Source of the DNA: Macrostomum lignano
Lineage: Eukaryota
Assembly (NCBI GenBank): GCA_002269645.1
Contig: NIVC01000292.1
Span: 620,001-684,000 of the forward strand
Direction: 5' to 3'
Length of the DNA stretch: 64,000 bases
In this document: one piece after another, positions 12,327-27,293 of the stretch
Position numbering within the stretch: position 1 is the first letter of the stretch
How the letters are laid out: every line of letters begins with the position of its first letter
Made by a program: the position numbers and the translations under genes
The notes under the pieces: model-generated
Database searches by the model: none
What the model saw: only the letters and a program-made list of their open reading frames with translations
What the model was told of the DNA's origin: nothing

Positions 12327-12561
12327 GTAGTAGTGAATATTATCGCAGAAAATTATTGTCAATCATATCATTACGTGAGCGGAAGCGGTGCAGTGAGTTA
12401 ATCGTGATAAATAAACAATTTAGTGAACAAAAATCAATGAATAATCAACTTCACTGCGAGTTAAACACAGAAGCTGCAGAAAGAATGCTTGAACAATTAA
12501 GTGACTAAAAGAAGAAACCGGTTATCGTGTCAGCCCGGTCAGCGGGCTCTCCGCCAGCTAC

Positions 12562-12712
12562 CTGAGGAGTCGCTGCTACGTCGGCTGCAGCTGACCGGCT
12601 TGCTGCTGCTTTTGGCGTCTTGCGCCCTGCGGACTGCCGCCTCTGCTGCTGCTGCCACTGCGGCAAGGAGTGGAGATGGGTGGACGGCTACTGCGGGGAC
12701 GCAGTCGGTGAT
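12562..12712 (-). CDS. PHKA: PHKA internal exon (low-complexity linker)
   Basis: gtcacag acceptor and gtagct donor; only the phase-0 frame is open, and it fits the chain. Confidence 0.6.
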
Positions 12713-12714
12713 CT

Positions 12715-13520
12715 GTGACTCACTGTCAGTGCCTCATTCTCAGTGCCTCACTCTCAGTGCCTCACTCTCAGTGCCTCATTCTCAGTGCCTCACTCTCAGT
12801 GCCTCACTCTCAGTGCCTCACTCTCAGTGCCTCACTCTCAGTGCCTCACTCTCAGTGCATCACTCTCAGTGCCTCATTCTCAGTGCCTCACTCTCAGTGC
12901 CTCACTCTCAGTGCCTCACTCTCAGTGCCTCACTCTCAGTGCCTCACTCTCAGTGCCTCACTCTCAGTGCCTCACTCTCAGTGCCTCACTCTCAGTGCCT
13001 CACTCTCAGTGCCTCACTCTGAGTGCCTCACTCTTAGTGCCTCACTCTCAGTGCCTCACTCTCAGTGCCTCACTCTTAGTGCCTCACTCTCAGTGCCTCA
13101 CTCTCAGTGCCTTACTGTCAGTGCCTCACTTTCAGTGTCACCATCTCTCAGTGCCTCACTTTCAGTGTCACCATCTCTCAGTGCCTCACTTTCAGTGTCA
13201 CCATCTCTCAGTGCCTCACTTTCAGTGTCACCATCTCTCAGTGCCTCACTTTCAGTGTCACTATCTCTCAGTGCCTCACTGTCAGTGTCACTATCTCACA
13301 GTGCATCACTTTCAGTGTCACTATCTCTCAGTGCCTCACTGTCAGTGTCACTATCTCTCAGTGCTTCACTGTCAGTGTCACTATCTCTCAGTGCCTCACT
13401 GTCAGTGTCACTATCTCTCAGTGCCTCACTGTCAGTGTCACTATCTCACAGTGCATCACTTTCAGTGTCACTATCTCTCAGTGCCTCACCGTCAGTGTCA
13501 CTATCTCTCAGTGCCTTACT
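12715..13520. repeat. 14-bp minisatellite (CAGTGCCTCACTCT)n grading into a 30-bp higher-order unit
   Basis: Tandem units. Confidence 0.95.
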
Positions 13521-13669
13521 CTGTGTCTCTCCCTACGTGTCCGTGCTTCACTCCCAGTGCCTCTATCTGTGACTGCTTACAGACATAACGATGCCAGTAA
13601 GCACAAAAGTTAAAGCACAAAATTGAAAAAAACAAAAGAACGAGAAACGACACGTGAAAAAGCGGCTAC

Positions 13670-13710
13670 CTGCAGTGAGGTGAGGCACAGAAGGCTACAA
13701 GGTGCGATGG
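13670..13710 (-). CDS. PHKA: PHKA putative 41-nt exon
   Basis: tttctctctag acceptor and gtagcc donor; converts phase 1 to phase 0 as the neighbouring exons require. Confidence 0.5.
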
Positions 13711-13904
13711 CTAGAGAGAAATAAGTAATAAAAAACTTAAATTGAGGAACTGCGGCAAAACGAACAGATTGGGAAAAAGGGAAACAAGTGCTGTTGCCAT
13801 GGAAATTCTCCAGATTGTTTTTACCTTCACCAGCGACTGCAAAAACGGGAAATGCGGAAAATTAACAGAATAGCTGGGTCAAGGAGGGCTGACACTGGGA
13901 ATAG

Positions 13905-14007
13905 CTGACATTGGGACTAGCTGATACTGGGACTAGCTGACACTGGGACTAGCTGACACTGGGACTAGCTGACACTGGGACTAGCTGACATTGGGACTAG
14001 CTGACAC
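13905..14007. repeat. 16-bp minisatellite (GGGACTAGCTGACACT)n
   Basis: ~6-7 tandem units. Confidence 0.9.
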
Positions 14008-14093
14008 TCCCCAGGGACATTGAAGAATTTAATAAAAAGCCAAAATAGTCAGAGTACCAAAACCATCTCAAACCGAAGGCCTCAGCTGCTCAC

Positions 14094-14360
14094 CCTCATC
14101 ATCCACCGGAGTCAGCGACGGCTCGAACCTGCCGAGGTCCTGGGAGACGGCGCTGGTCAGCGCAACGGATTTTTTGCGTCGCGCCAAAGCGGCAAAATCC
14201 GGCGCCCCGGACCCAGCACCGGGCGTGGGTGACGTCACGCGAGACGCGGCGCCGGAGGCGGACGGCGTGGCGGCGTTGGCGGAGTTCGAGCCCGAGCCCA
14301 GGCGGCTGCGGCCGCGCCTCGATGACCGGGAGGCGGCCTTGGCCTGGTCCAGCAGGGCGT
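14094..14360 (-). CDS. PHKA: PHKA internal exon (Ser/Arg-rich)
   Basis: cccgcag acceptor, gtgagc donor, GC-rich open frame DALLDQAKAAS...RRKKSVALTS. Confidence 0.75.
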
Positions 14361-14398
14361 CTGCGGGCGGGAGCGGCGAACAAAGACTCTTGATGATC

Positions 14399-14700
14399 GA
14401 TTGGGACAAAGAATACTGAGAATTGATTGGGACAAAGAATACTGAGAATTGATTGGGACAAAGAATACTGAGAATTGATTGGGACAAAGAATACTGAGGA
14501 TTGATTGGGACAAAGAATACTGAGAATTGATTGGGACAAAGACTACTGAGGATTGATTGGGACAAAGAATACTGAGAATTGATTGGGACAAAGAATACTG
14601 AGAATTGATTGGGACAAAGAATACTGAGAATTGATTGGGACAAAGAATACTGAGGATTGATTGGGACAAAGAATACTGAGGATTGATTGGGACAAAGACT
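14399..14700. repeat. 26-bp minisatellite (ATTGGGACAAAGAATACTGAGAATTG)n
   Basis: ~11 tandem units fill the intron. Confidence 0.95.
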
Positions 14701-14729
14701 AAAAAACAGCTTAAAAATCAAACACTGAC

Positions 14730-14809
14730 CTCCTTTGGCATGGTCCAAGAAGTTCATGCTGGTCACGCAGCTGGTGTCAACAAAGTCTGACAGCATTCCC
14801 AGCGTGACC
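14730..14809 (-). CDS. PHKA: PHKA internal exon
   Basis: RVTLGMLSDFVDTSCVTSMNFLD matches human [23 protein letters not shown]. Confidence 0.9.
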
Positions 14810-14841
14810 CTGCGGGCGATGACGGCAGATGGGAGAACTGA

Positions 14842-16084
<1,243 letters not shown>

Positions 16085-16416
16085 TGTAAAGACTTCACTT
16101 CGTTTGCGTGGCAGAAAGATGCTTATGCGATAACATGATAAAATCATTCCTATATGTATTTGTCGAAATATTATTTTAACCGATCAATAATTTGGGGACT
16201 GTAAAATAGACATATTAGTCACGTGCACGTACGCACAAAAGAACAAGCGAAGGAGAGAAGGGCACGATGGTAAAGTGTACGCAGCAATTCCCAGCACCCC
16301 ACACAACACAAACAAAGTCACTACACTCCTCCCCAACAACTGCAGAAGCAGGGAACAGGAATTAAAAGAAACTATTTAGTCCGCAACTCAAAGAGCACCA
16401 AATAACGGAATCACAG

Positions 16417-16944
16417 TCACTGGTAACACAGTCGATTAGGCTCAGTTCGGATCCTGGTCGAGCACCGCGGCAATGCCAAATCGCTCGCATTCGTGGCGTC
16501 GCAGGCGACCGCCAGGCCGGGGGCAACAGCTGCGCCGGCCGCTGCTGGAGGATCTTCCGGCGGATCAGCGACCGGCTCAGCCTCGGGAACTTTGCCAGCC
16601 GGTACAGCATCCGCGGGTCTGCGAACTTGGTCGATGTGCCGTTGGACCTCCCGGCCGTCATCAAAGTGGCACGAGAACGACGCTGCTCCAGAGCTGGCAG
16701 TCACCACCGCCGGCTTCCATCTGCCGTCATCAGCGAAGTCCCTGGCAACCACGGCATCGCCGACCTCAATGCGGCGATCGTGAGCGTTGGCGTCGTGATG
16801 CTGCTTTTGCATCGCTTGCTGCACTGCAACCCTGGCCGGCACGTCGGGACGCACTCGATCGAGCAGAGAGCGCAGTCGCCTTCCCATCAGCAGCTCGCAC
16901 GGCGGCGTGCCAGTCGTGGCATGTGGCGTCACGCGGTATGTCAG
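16417..16944 (-). pseudogene. Integrase C-terminal remnant
   Basis: LTYRVTPHATTGTPPCELLMGRRLRSLLD, W..G.V..., RHIDQVR motifs; HHCC and DDE core missing. Confidence 0.85.
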
Positions 16945-18218
16945 CCCCAGCGCCACTGGGCACCTTGGTTGAGCAGACGATGCAGCGGCGACAGCTCCGC
17001 GGACAAGTTGGGCATGAACTTCCCGTAATAGTTGACAAGTCCAAGAAAACTGCGAAGCTGTGTCACGTCTCGTGGTGCTGGAGCGTCGGCGATGGCACGA
17101 ACCTTGTCCGGTAGCGGATGCAGACCGTCAGCGTCTATCCGGTGGCCCAGATAGCTGACACTGTCCTGCATGAAGTCGCACTTGCTCAGGCCGCAGCGCA
17201 GTCCGCTTTGGTGCAATTTCTTGAGCACTGACTCTAGTGAGCGCAAGTGACTTTCGTCGTCAACACCGGTGATGATCAGATCGTCGATAAAACAGGCGAC
17301 ATGCGGAATCGACTGCAGCAGATTGTCCATGTGTCGTTGGAAAATACCGACGGCCGGAGCAACTCCAAAAGGCAGACGGGTGTAGCGCAGAAGGCCTTTG
17401 GACGTATTAATTGTACAAATCTCTTGGGCTGCTTCGTCCAGTGGCAGTTGAGAATAGGCTTGCGACAAGTCGAGCTTCGTAAATTTTTTTCCACCTGCCA
17501 GCTTAGCAAAAAGCTCTTCGATTCTCGGTAGCGGATATTTGTCAGGTTCAACACAGAGATTTACCATTTGTTTGAAGTCGGCACAGATGCGTATTGAACC
17601 GTCCGACTTGAGCACTGGCACAATCGGCGAGGCGTAGTCCGAGTTGTTGACTGGCCTGAGCACACCTTGCTCAATTTCCTTGTCGAGCTGAGCCTCCACC
17701 TTAGTCTTAAGAGCAAACGGGACGTTGCGTGCCTTGAAAAATCGAGGCCGGGCCCCGGCTTTCAGATGCAGCTGCACAGACGGTCCGTTGTACTTGCCGA
17801 GTCCCGGCTCGAAAACCTCGGCATACTGGTCCAGCAGGGCGCGGATTCCAGGGTGCTCACAGACTTTTCGCACCTGGTTGATGCTGCGCCAGTCCAGCGG
17901 CAAGCATGCCAGCCAGTCACGGCCGATCAGGTTCGAACCAGAGCCCTCGACTACGAGCAGTGGAAGCTCCTTGGCAGCTCCGGCAGCTTGCACTCGGACG
18001 GTAATTTTACCTAGCAGGGGGACCGGCTCTCCTGAGTAGGTGCGCAGCTTAGTGTTGGCAGGTTCTAGCTTTGGTCCTTCCCGCAGCTCTGAGCGAAATG
18101 TTTCTGAAGATATGAGCGAGACAGATGCACCCGTGTCGACCTCCATCCGAACTGGCGTGCCTTCGATGATGACCGTGGTCTCGATCGGTGGAATCTTCCC
18201 ACACCGTTCAGCCATCAC
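16941..18218 (-). CDS. pol: Pol (aspartic protease + reverse transcriptase), truncated before RNase H
   Basis: VDTGAS, YASPIVPV, LDLSQAY, FIDD motifs. Confidence 0.93.
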   Translation of the reverse strand: MMAERCGKIPPIETTVIIEGTPVRMEVDTGASVSLISSETFRSELREGPKLEPANTKLRTYSGEPVPLLGKITVRVQAAGAAKELPLLVVEGSGSNLIGRDWLACLPLDWRSINQVRKVCEHPGIRALLDQYAEVFEPGLGKYNGPSVQLHLKAGARPRFFKARNVPFALKTKVEAQLDKEIEQGVLRPVNNSDYASPIVPVLKSDGSIRICADFKQMVNLCVEPDKYPLPRIEELFAKLAGGKKFTKLDLSQAYSQLPLDEAAQEICTINTSKGLLRYTRLPFGVAPAVGIFQRHMDNLLQSIPHVACFIDDLIITGVDDESHLRSLESVLKKLHQSGLRCGLSKCDFMQDSVSYLGHRIDADGLHPLPDKVRAIADAPAPRDVTQLRSFLGLVNYYGKFMPNLSAELSPLHRLLNQGAQWRWG

Positions 18219-18249
18219 GTGCAGCGAATGTGCCTCTTCTTCATCGACC

Positions 18250-18978
18250 TCAACTTCTCACATCATGGTCCATGCGACGATTCGAACCTGCAGGAGACTT
18301 ACAGGCAACAGCCGTATGGCCCACCTTCGAACAGTTGAAGCACTTCTTGTCAGCAAACGGGCACTTCGCCGCGACGTGCCGCTGCGACCGGCAACGAAAG
18401 CAGCGTCTAGTGGACTGTGGCTGGTGGGCTATCTGAAAGGCGTCCTGACTCGCAGATTTCATCACGAGAATATTGCCCTCAGCGGCCGACGCTTGAGCTT
18501 GCGCCAGAGATATTGCGGTTTCGAGAGTCAGCTTCTTCTCCGAAAGAAGCCTTCGCTGGATGTTGTCGTCAGCGATGCCAAGCACGAGCCAGTCTCTGAT
18601 CATGTCATTCAGGCTGCCGCCGAAGTTGCAGTCCCGTGCCAGTCTGCGAAGATCCGCGAGAAAATCCGCAATCGATTCACCAACTTGGCGACTCCTGGAG
18701 TAGAAACGGTAACGTAGCACGATCTCAGGAGGCTCAGGGTCGAAATGCTCTTTCAGCTTAGCGCAGATCGCTGTGTAGCTGGACTGGGCAGGCGACTCTG
18801 GAGACAGCAGGCTGGCAAGCAACTGATCCGTCTTCTTGCCGCAGACGCTAAGGAGAACGGCACGCTTCTTCTCTTCTTTGATATCATTGGCCTCAAAATA
18901 CTGCTCCAGTCTTTCTTGGTACTGAATCCACTTTTCAGTGCCCTCTTCATAGGGTTCTATTGAGCCAACCAAGCTCAT
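18250..18978 (-). CDS. gag: Gag with two CCHC zinc knuckles
   Basis: ATG at 18978 one base after the PBS (MSLVGSIEPY...); CFRCRSQRHVAAKC and CFNCSKVGHTAVAC. Confidence 0.92.
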   Translation of the reverse strand: MSLVGSIEPYEEGTEKWIQYQERLEQYFEANDIKEEKKRAVLLSVCGKKTDQLLASLLSPESPAQSSYTAICAKLKEHFDPEPPEIVLRYRFYSRSRQVGESIADFLADLRRLARDCNFGGSLNDMIRDWLVLGIADDNIQRRLLSEKKLTLETAISLAQAQASAAEGNILVMKSASQDAFQIAHQPQSTRRCFRCRSQRHVAAKCPFADKKCFNCSKVGHTAVACKSPAGSNRRMDHDVRS

Positions 18979-19242
18979 GCCTCGTCGCCACTGTAAAGAC
19001 TTAGTTTGCGTGGCAGAAAGATGCTTATGCGATAACATGATAAAATCATTCATATATGTACTTGTCGAAATAGTATTTTAACCGATCAATAATTTGGGGA
19101 CTGTAAAATAGACATATTAGTCACGTGCACGTACGCACAAAAGAACAAGCGAAGGAGAGAAGGGCACGATGGTAAAGTGTACGCAGCAACCCCCAGCACC
19201 CCACACAACGCAAACAAAGTCACTACACTAACCAACACTCAC

Positions 19243-19721
19243 CGGGTCCCATGGATGTAGCCGCTCTGCAGCTTCTTCACAGTAGAGTACAGAGCCGGCT
19301 GCACGGGCTGGTCGGGGCTGAAGTACCAGTGATAGACCGGCATGATAAACAGCGGGCGACCCACGGCAGCCCAGGTGCGCCGCAGGTAGGCCACGTGAGT
19401 CCTGAACTGGTCCAGCAGGAAGTCCAAGTCCAGGCTGAGGTAGAAGGAGTGGTGGTCCAGGAACTGCGGCGTGAAGGCCAGCATCTGGGAGCCCACGTTG
19501 TACAGGCGGCTGGTGGCGAGCACCCCCGCCTCCGAGCTCTGCCTGCCGGACAGGCCGAGCTGCTGGCACTGGCCGAGGTGGCTGTAGAAGTGGCCGAGCA
19601 GCTTGGCCGGGAAGATGCACACCCCAGTGTCCGACTGCACCTCGTCAAAGTCCTGAACACGCAGGCCCATGTGCCGCTCCAGGGCCGCTTGGATCTTCGA
19701 GTCCTCGGCGATGACCACCAC
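19243..19721 (-). CDS. PHKA: PHKA internal exon
   Basis: GVLATSRLY, FTPQFLDHHSFYLSLD, KKLQSGYIHG match PHKA. Confidence 0.95.
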
Positions 19722-19749
19722 CTGTTAGGGTGTGGGGCGTAATGGCTCA

Positions 19750-20070
19750 GACCCCATTGTCAGCACACTCAGATCCCATTGTCAGCACACTCAGATCCCA
19801 TTGTCAGCACACTCAGATCCCATTGTCAGCACACTCAGATCCCATTGTCAGCACACTCAGATCCCATTGTCAGCACACTTCAGATCCTATTCTTAGCACA
19901 CTCAGATCCCATTGTCAGCACACTCAGATCCCATTCTTAGCACACTCAGATCCCATTGTCAGCACACTCAGATCCCATTGTCAGCACACTCAGATCCCAT
20001 TGTCAGCGCACTCAGACCAGACCCCACTAAATCGCACTCAGACCCCACCAAATCGCACTCAGACCCCAGC
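19750..20070. repeat. 22-bp minisatellite (ACTCAGATCCCATTGTCAGCAC)n
   Basis: Fills the intron. Confidence 0.93.
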
Positions 20071-20076
20071 ACCCAC

Positions 20077-20530
20077 CTGCACCACCAAGTCGGGCTTGGC
20101 CTCCAGCGCCAGCCGCCGGCCCAGCGGGTCAATCTCCTGCGGGCGCAGGAAGCCGTCCAGCAGCAGCAGGCAGATGGTGTACACCGACTGGGACCACAGG
20201 TGCGGCAGGGCTCCCACCGGGTGCCGCTCCTGACTGCCGGGATTCGCCCGCTCCTCGGCCACCAGATCCGCTGGCACGGCGTACGACTCCGGCATGAGCG
20301 GCCGGCCGTGCCGGTCGGGCTGGGCGAGCCGCTCCAGCAGTGCGGCGTAGCGGCGGCTGCGGTCCTCGTCCTCATGGAACAGCGAGTCCAGCAGCAGGTA
20401 GCAGAAGAACAGAGGCCACTCGCATTCGATGTTCTCGAACTGCTTGAGCTCGCAGGGTTCATAGTGCAGGCGGGTCGGGTCCTCCACGGCTGTGCGGTAG
20501 CCGTCTCTGAGGAACCGGCAGCAGCCGTAC
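20077..20530 (-). CDS. PHKA: PHKA internal exon
   Basis: YGCCRFLRDGY...EDPTRLHYEPCELKQFENIECEWPLF nearly identical to PHKA. Confidence 0.97.
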
Positions 20531-20868
20531 CTGGCGGGGACGGCAAATTTGGCGCAAGGAATTTTCTAATATTTCTACTGGCAGTAGAGTAGCGAGGATA
20601 TGCGCACAAAAAATCGGAGTTTTGCAAAAATAATAATCTGACAAATTTGCATGGAGCATCAGCTGATCAGGCAGAATTATTTGATTAAATCTGTAGAGTT
20701 GATGATTGAGTGACACTGCATAAAAGCGTGTGGGGGCAGAGGGGCAGGATAGAGAATGCACTGGGTCTGTTACTTAGGCCACAGGAGGAGCTGAACTAGA
20801 TTAGGCAAATCTGATAAAATTATTGCACATTTATAATTATTGTAATTAGGCTGGCAAGGAGACGGAAG

Positions 20869-22625
<1,757 letters not shown>

Positions 22626-22638
22626 ATGCGGCACAGAC

Positions 22639-23492
22639 CTGCCCTCCAGCACGGACACGATGCAGTCCCTGGTGCTGTTCACCACATCCTCATTATCGAT
22701 GGCGAAGGCCGGGTAGCTGATGACGGACAGCAGGCCGGCGTCAGTCTCCTTGGAGCAGCTCTCCCTGGGCAGCATGCTCTCCAGCACCGCGGCGCAGCTC
22801 TGCGGATCGTCGGCCATGACGTGCACGAAGGAGCGGGTACCGCCGGAGCTGCCGAAGAGGTCGAGCTCGGCCAGGGCCTCCAGCGCGGCCTTCGCCATGC
22901 CGATGGAGGTGGAGTTGAGCTCGGGCAGGCCGTGGTTGGTTTTGTCCCCGCGCTCCCAGATGCCGTAGTCGGACACGGTGTAGGCGGACTCCAGGTAGAA
23001 CACCAGGTTCTGCACGAAGGCCACCTCCTCGGGCGTGTAGATGAGCACCAGGCCGGAGGCGGTCATCTGTGCCAGCGCCAGCAGGTACAGGGACACGGCG
23101 TCCAGCTGCAGGTGGCCGTACTCGCCGTCTCCAGTCACCGGGCCGAGGTCGCTAGCCGAGAATTTGCAGTGCAGCGCGTCCAGCGGCTGCCGGCTGGTCT
23201 TGAAGCGCTCGAGCTTGTCGGACTGGCGCATCATGCAGTGCAGCAGGCTGCGCATGCACTTCACCGCCCGGCCTTCCAGGTCCTTCAGGCGGGCGCGGTC
23301 CTCGTCAGCTTCGGCCACCTTCTTGTAGGCGAGGGCGAGAGCCCACACGCACATGGCCGCATAGGTGTTGTCCCGGATGTAGGCGTGGTCCTGCTGCTCC
23401 GAGGTGGCCACCAGGCCTGTCACCGGGTTCTGGCGGTGCAGCACCGTGTCCAGCACCAGGCCGTGGTAGAACTCCAGCTGACGACGGGACGC
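22639..23492 (-). CDS. PHKA: PHKA large 5' coding exon (glucoamylase-like domain); start exon not identified
   Basis: QNPVTGL, DHAYIRDN, GHLQLDA, DYGIWERGDKTN, SIGMAKAALEAL, YPAFA motifs. The 12-exon chain sums to 3873 nt in frame. Confidence 0.97.
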
Positions 23493-23579
23493 CTGCGGGT
23501 TTTTAATAAGAGAGCTCGAAGTCTGCGGCTCTTTGGATTGGAACTTCTTTCTTGTCTTTTTCTCAGTTTTCTTGGAAAT

Positions 23580-24095
23580 TGAGATTCTAGGGATTGGGAT
23601 TCTAGGAATTGAGATTCTAGGAATTGGGATTCTAGGAATTGGGATTCTAGGAATTGGGATTCTAGGAATTGGGATTCTAGGAATTGGGATTCTAGGAATT
23701 GGGATTCTAGGAATTGGGATTCTAGGAATTGAGATTCTAGGAATTGGGATTCTAGGAATTGGGATTCTAGGAATTGGGATTCTAGGAATTGGGATTCTAG
23801 GAATTGGGATTCTAGGACTTGGGATTCTAGGAATTGGGATTCTAGGAATTGGGATTCTAGGGATTGGGATTCTAGGGATTGGGATTCTAGGAATTGGGAT
23901 TCTAGGAATTGGGATTCTAGGAATTGGGATTCTAGGAATTGGGATTCTAGGAATTGGGATTCTAGGAATTGGGATTCTAGAAATTGGGATTCTAGGAATT
24001 GGGATTCTAGGAATTGGGATTCTAGGAATTGGGATTCTAGGGATTGGGATTCTAAGGTTTGGGATTCTAGGAGAACTGGGAATCTGGGAGAGTTA
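23580..24095. repeat. 15-bp minisatellite (GGGATTCTAGGAATT)n, ~33 copies
   Basis: Direct. Confidence 0.96.
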
Positions 24096-24480
24096 GGATT
24101 CCAAGAATTGGGATTTTGTTAATAGGGATTTTAATAACAAAGATTTTAAATATAAAAAATTATCATAGAAAATATACTTTAATTTAAAAAAGTTCATTTA
24201 ATTATTTCTCTACTTTTAATAAGACATTCATATTAGCATAAAATAGAAAAATGGTTATATATTTTGCATAAACTCAAACCAAGATTCCTATTTAGCCCCA
24301 GATTAATTAATATGACTATACTTGGAATTTAGTCAAAGCTGTTAGAATACTGGGTGCATAAATTAAAACATTACACTTACAAAAATATTTTTATATACAG
24401 TGACCAAATGACTTCTTACAATTACATTAAAATGTACACTATGTTAGTTCTCTTATATCTATATATATATCTATATCTAT

Positions 24481-24712
24481 CCGGGCCGAAGCCTACTGCC
24501 CAGAGCCACTGCAGGACGTCCTGCTGTGGACCCCGCAGGGACCACGCAGGCGTGGTCAGGGACGATCAGCCCGCTACGTTGACCGCCTTTTTGAAGATGC
24601 GCGAGCACCCAGCCAGACGGCCGGTGTGAAGCACATTAGAGACCTGGCTCTGAAACGCGCGATTTGACACTCCCCCCTCTTGGCCACTCCCGTGGCTGGC
24701 GTGGGGCGTAAC

Positions 24713-24738
<26 letters not shown>
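24481..24738 (+). mobile_element. 5'-truncated non-LTR retrotransposon (RTE-like) 3' end
   Basis: Frame ...QDVLLWTPQGPRRRGQGRSARYVDRLFED...* resembles the RTE-type RT C-terminus (LLW.P.G.R.RGRP...Y.D.L); (TTA)n tail; TATATCTAT on both sides. Confidence 0.7.
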
Positions 24739-24743
<5 letters not shown>

Positions 24744-24914
24744 CTATATATCATTATCAGCAAAACTAGAAAGTTATTCAATAAATTCTCTACTAGCTTC
24801 TAGGACTCTCTAGAGCTCTACAGCTCTAGCAACCTCCTTGTTTGGAATTTTCTCCCATGCCCTACAGATAGTAGCACATAGATCTGCCACACTCCTATGT
24901 TAAATTTGACAGGC

Positions 24915-25172
24915 CTCCTTCTTTGCACATACCCAAAAATAGAAGTATGAGAAGATATACACATGTCTCCTTCTCTGCACATACCCAAGAATAGAAGTCT
25001 GAGAAGATATACACATGTCTCCTTCTCTGCACATACCCAAAAATAGAAGTCTGAGAAGATATACACATGTCTCCTTCTCTGCACATACCCAAAAATAGAA
25101 GTCTGAGAAGATATACACATGTCTCCTTCTCTGCACATACCCAGAAATAGAAGTCTGAGAAGATATACACAT
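24915..25172. repeat. 52-bp minisatellite, ~5 copies
   Basis: CTCCTTCTCTGCACATACCCAAAAATAGAAGTCTGAGAAGATATACACATGT units. Confidence 0.92.
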
Positions 25173-27179
25173 GTTTATCATAGGACTTCAGCCACTTTAG
25201 CAGACCCCTAGTCTGTTGCACAAAAATACTTCTAGTTGGCAAACACTATGACAGGTAACAATAGTCTTGCTATGCTATACAAGGCTAGATCTTCTTTGAA
25301 TCTTTGATGAGTTTCCATATTATGGAGTTAGCCATATTAAAGTCACATGCTAGCTGCTAGATGCTCCTCCTAGGATTTCAACAAATCTGTTGTTTTATAA
25401 CAGAGTAAGATATATAGAAGCATCTATTACCATGCTAAGCTTTCATGTCCTTAGTCTTATTAAAGAGCTTTTTAGTTTGATAGACTTTGTCTTAAGATAC
25501 CAAATGGTCTTAAAATTGATACTAGCTTCTTATCCATATAAAGCTTTTTCAACAATCTTTTTTCAAACCTCCTGTACTGTACTTGGTCATTTGAAAAGCA
25601 AATGGAATCAAATTTTGTATATAAGCTTTAAACCTTTAATATCACTTGTTTATATATTTAGGCCCCTATAGCCCCCAGAAAATGAAAAACAAAAACAAAA
25701 ACAAGAGGTTCAAGTGTAAAATTTTAATATGTGCACTCAATATTACTAGAGCACTACACAAGAGTAGTAGTAATAGGTTAGGTTATGGCCTACTAGTCAA
25801 GTATTCAAATGAGTTAAAAATAATAATTTATCAAAAAAGATATTTTGATTTTTTAATTTTTTTAATTCTAGCTAGATTAAAGTAAGCCAATAAGCCCATG
25901 GGCAATTCTAGACTTAAATTAGAGGATTATCTTATTTTTTCTACTATCTTCAAAATAAAATAGGATTGCTATATACTTGATTTTTTATTAAAAGTAAAAA
26001 CTTTAAACTTGACTCAAATAACTTGATTTATCAAAAATACTTGACCACATACTCAACAAATTCTAAATCTATGGCTATGCTTAATTGGATGCTAAGAGTA
26101 ATATCTTAACTTAAATTTAGGCCCTATAAATACTTTAAAGAAAATATTGGATATTATTTTTAATGATGATTTTTGTTTGTTAGGCCTACTTAAAATTTTA
26201 AGAAAAAATATTTTTAAGTTTGTAAAATCATTTTAGTTTTATAGTTTTTTTTTCTTTTAAACTTTTCAAACAATATTTTTTAATTGAAAATGTTATAATA
26301 TGTTCGCAGGTATCAAGATTCAAGATTCAAGGTTTGGATCGAAATGAAAGAAAACATTTTGAAAGCGAAGAGAAGCAAAACTCCGAATTTATGGTCTTAA
26401 TATCCTTCCAAAGATGTTCTAATAAAACTATGATAAGCCTATTTGGCTTGACTAAAACAATTCATCTTCAATGACCTTAATTAAACCTGCATTCATTTCT
26501 ATGTAAATTTCTCATTCAAAAAACCGCCACTGTCGTACTTTTCTGAAAATTTTCGTGACTGTTCCGGAATCTTTTCACATTGCTAATCCGTGCTTTGCTT
26601 CTGTTTCGATATCGAACCAAGCCGTCGGGAACGGGTGTGGTGGTATAGAAGAGCAGTCATGAAAAGAGTTTGACAGCTCTAATCCACCAGTCTGGGCCAG
26701 GCGTCAGTCGGGGGCGGTTTTGCTGGCTTGGCACGAAATCGTGCCATCAGTCTCATCGTGGTTAAAGCAAATTTGATTTGTCACAATCGCCTCCATGAGA
26801 TATTTATTTATCCAATATTATATTTTTCTTTCATCCTTTTACTATAGGTTGCTTTTGTTTTCTGGGTATTGAAATGTGGACGCAGTTGGCTCAAAGGCCA
26901 CAGTTGGATACCCTGGCCGTGATGTTGTTGTAAATTATGTCATTATGTCAGTTATTCATGAAGTAATAAATCTTTGAAACTAGTTCATAAGGATGAAAAA
27001 GACCTTTACAGCGGAATTTCACTGACCCAGAGACTCAAGCGGCTCTCCCATGAATTTTCACATTCTGCTGTGTTAGCAGGCACTTTTCCTTCCCACTTTG
27101 CTCCGCCCAATTCCTTTCCATTTCATTGTTCCCGCTTCCCCTAGCAACGCTTTTCATCGCAGCTTAAGCGCGGAAGGCG

Positions 27180-27293
27180 ATGAGTTCTTGCGCCTCCTCA
27201 GCCAACCAGCTCAAGCAGAGAGATGGGGAGAAGCTGCTGAACCTCATCTACTTTGTGTTGGATCCGGTTTTGCTAACAATGCCTGGGCTAAAG
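27180..27293 (+). CDS. GLUL: Glutamine synthetase, putative first coding exon
   Basis: ATG after ttttcatcgcag; MSSCASSANQLKQ resembles the GS N-terminus (MATSASSHLNK); AAG|gtaaac donor, phase 0 fits the next exon. Confidence 0.6.

Larger units (their letters stand above)
16085..19227 (-). mobile_element. Mag-like Ty3/Gypsy LTR retrotransposon, internally deleted, in a PHKA intron
   Basis: LTRs 16085-16325 and 18992-19227 (TG...CA, ~97% identical); 5-bp TSD CTAAC; PBS TGGCGACGAGG; PPT GGGGAGGAG; gag, PR, RT and the integrase C-terminus present. Confidence 0.96.

Noticed and set aside
22626-23582. Long antisense ORFs over PHKA, GS, pol and kinase exons
   Set aside because: Shadow ORFs of GC3-rich coding sequence
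27027-27051. Possible PHKA first exon (ATGGGAGAGCCG...G|gtcagt, minus strand) forming a tight bidirectional promoter with GS
   Set aside because: Phase-1 donor does not match the phase-0 acceptors of the next PHKA exon; no other support
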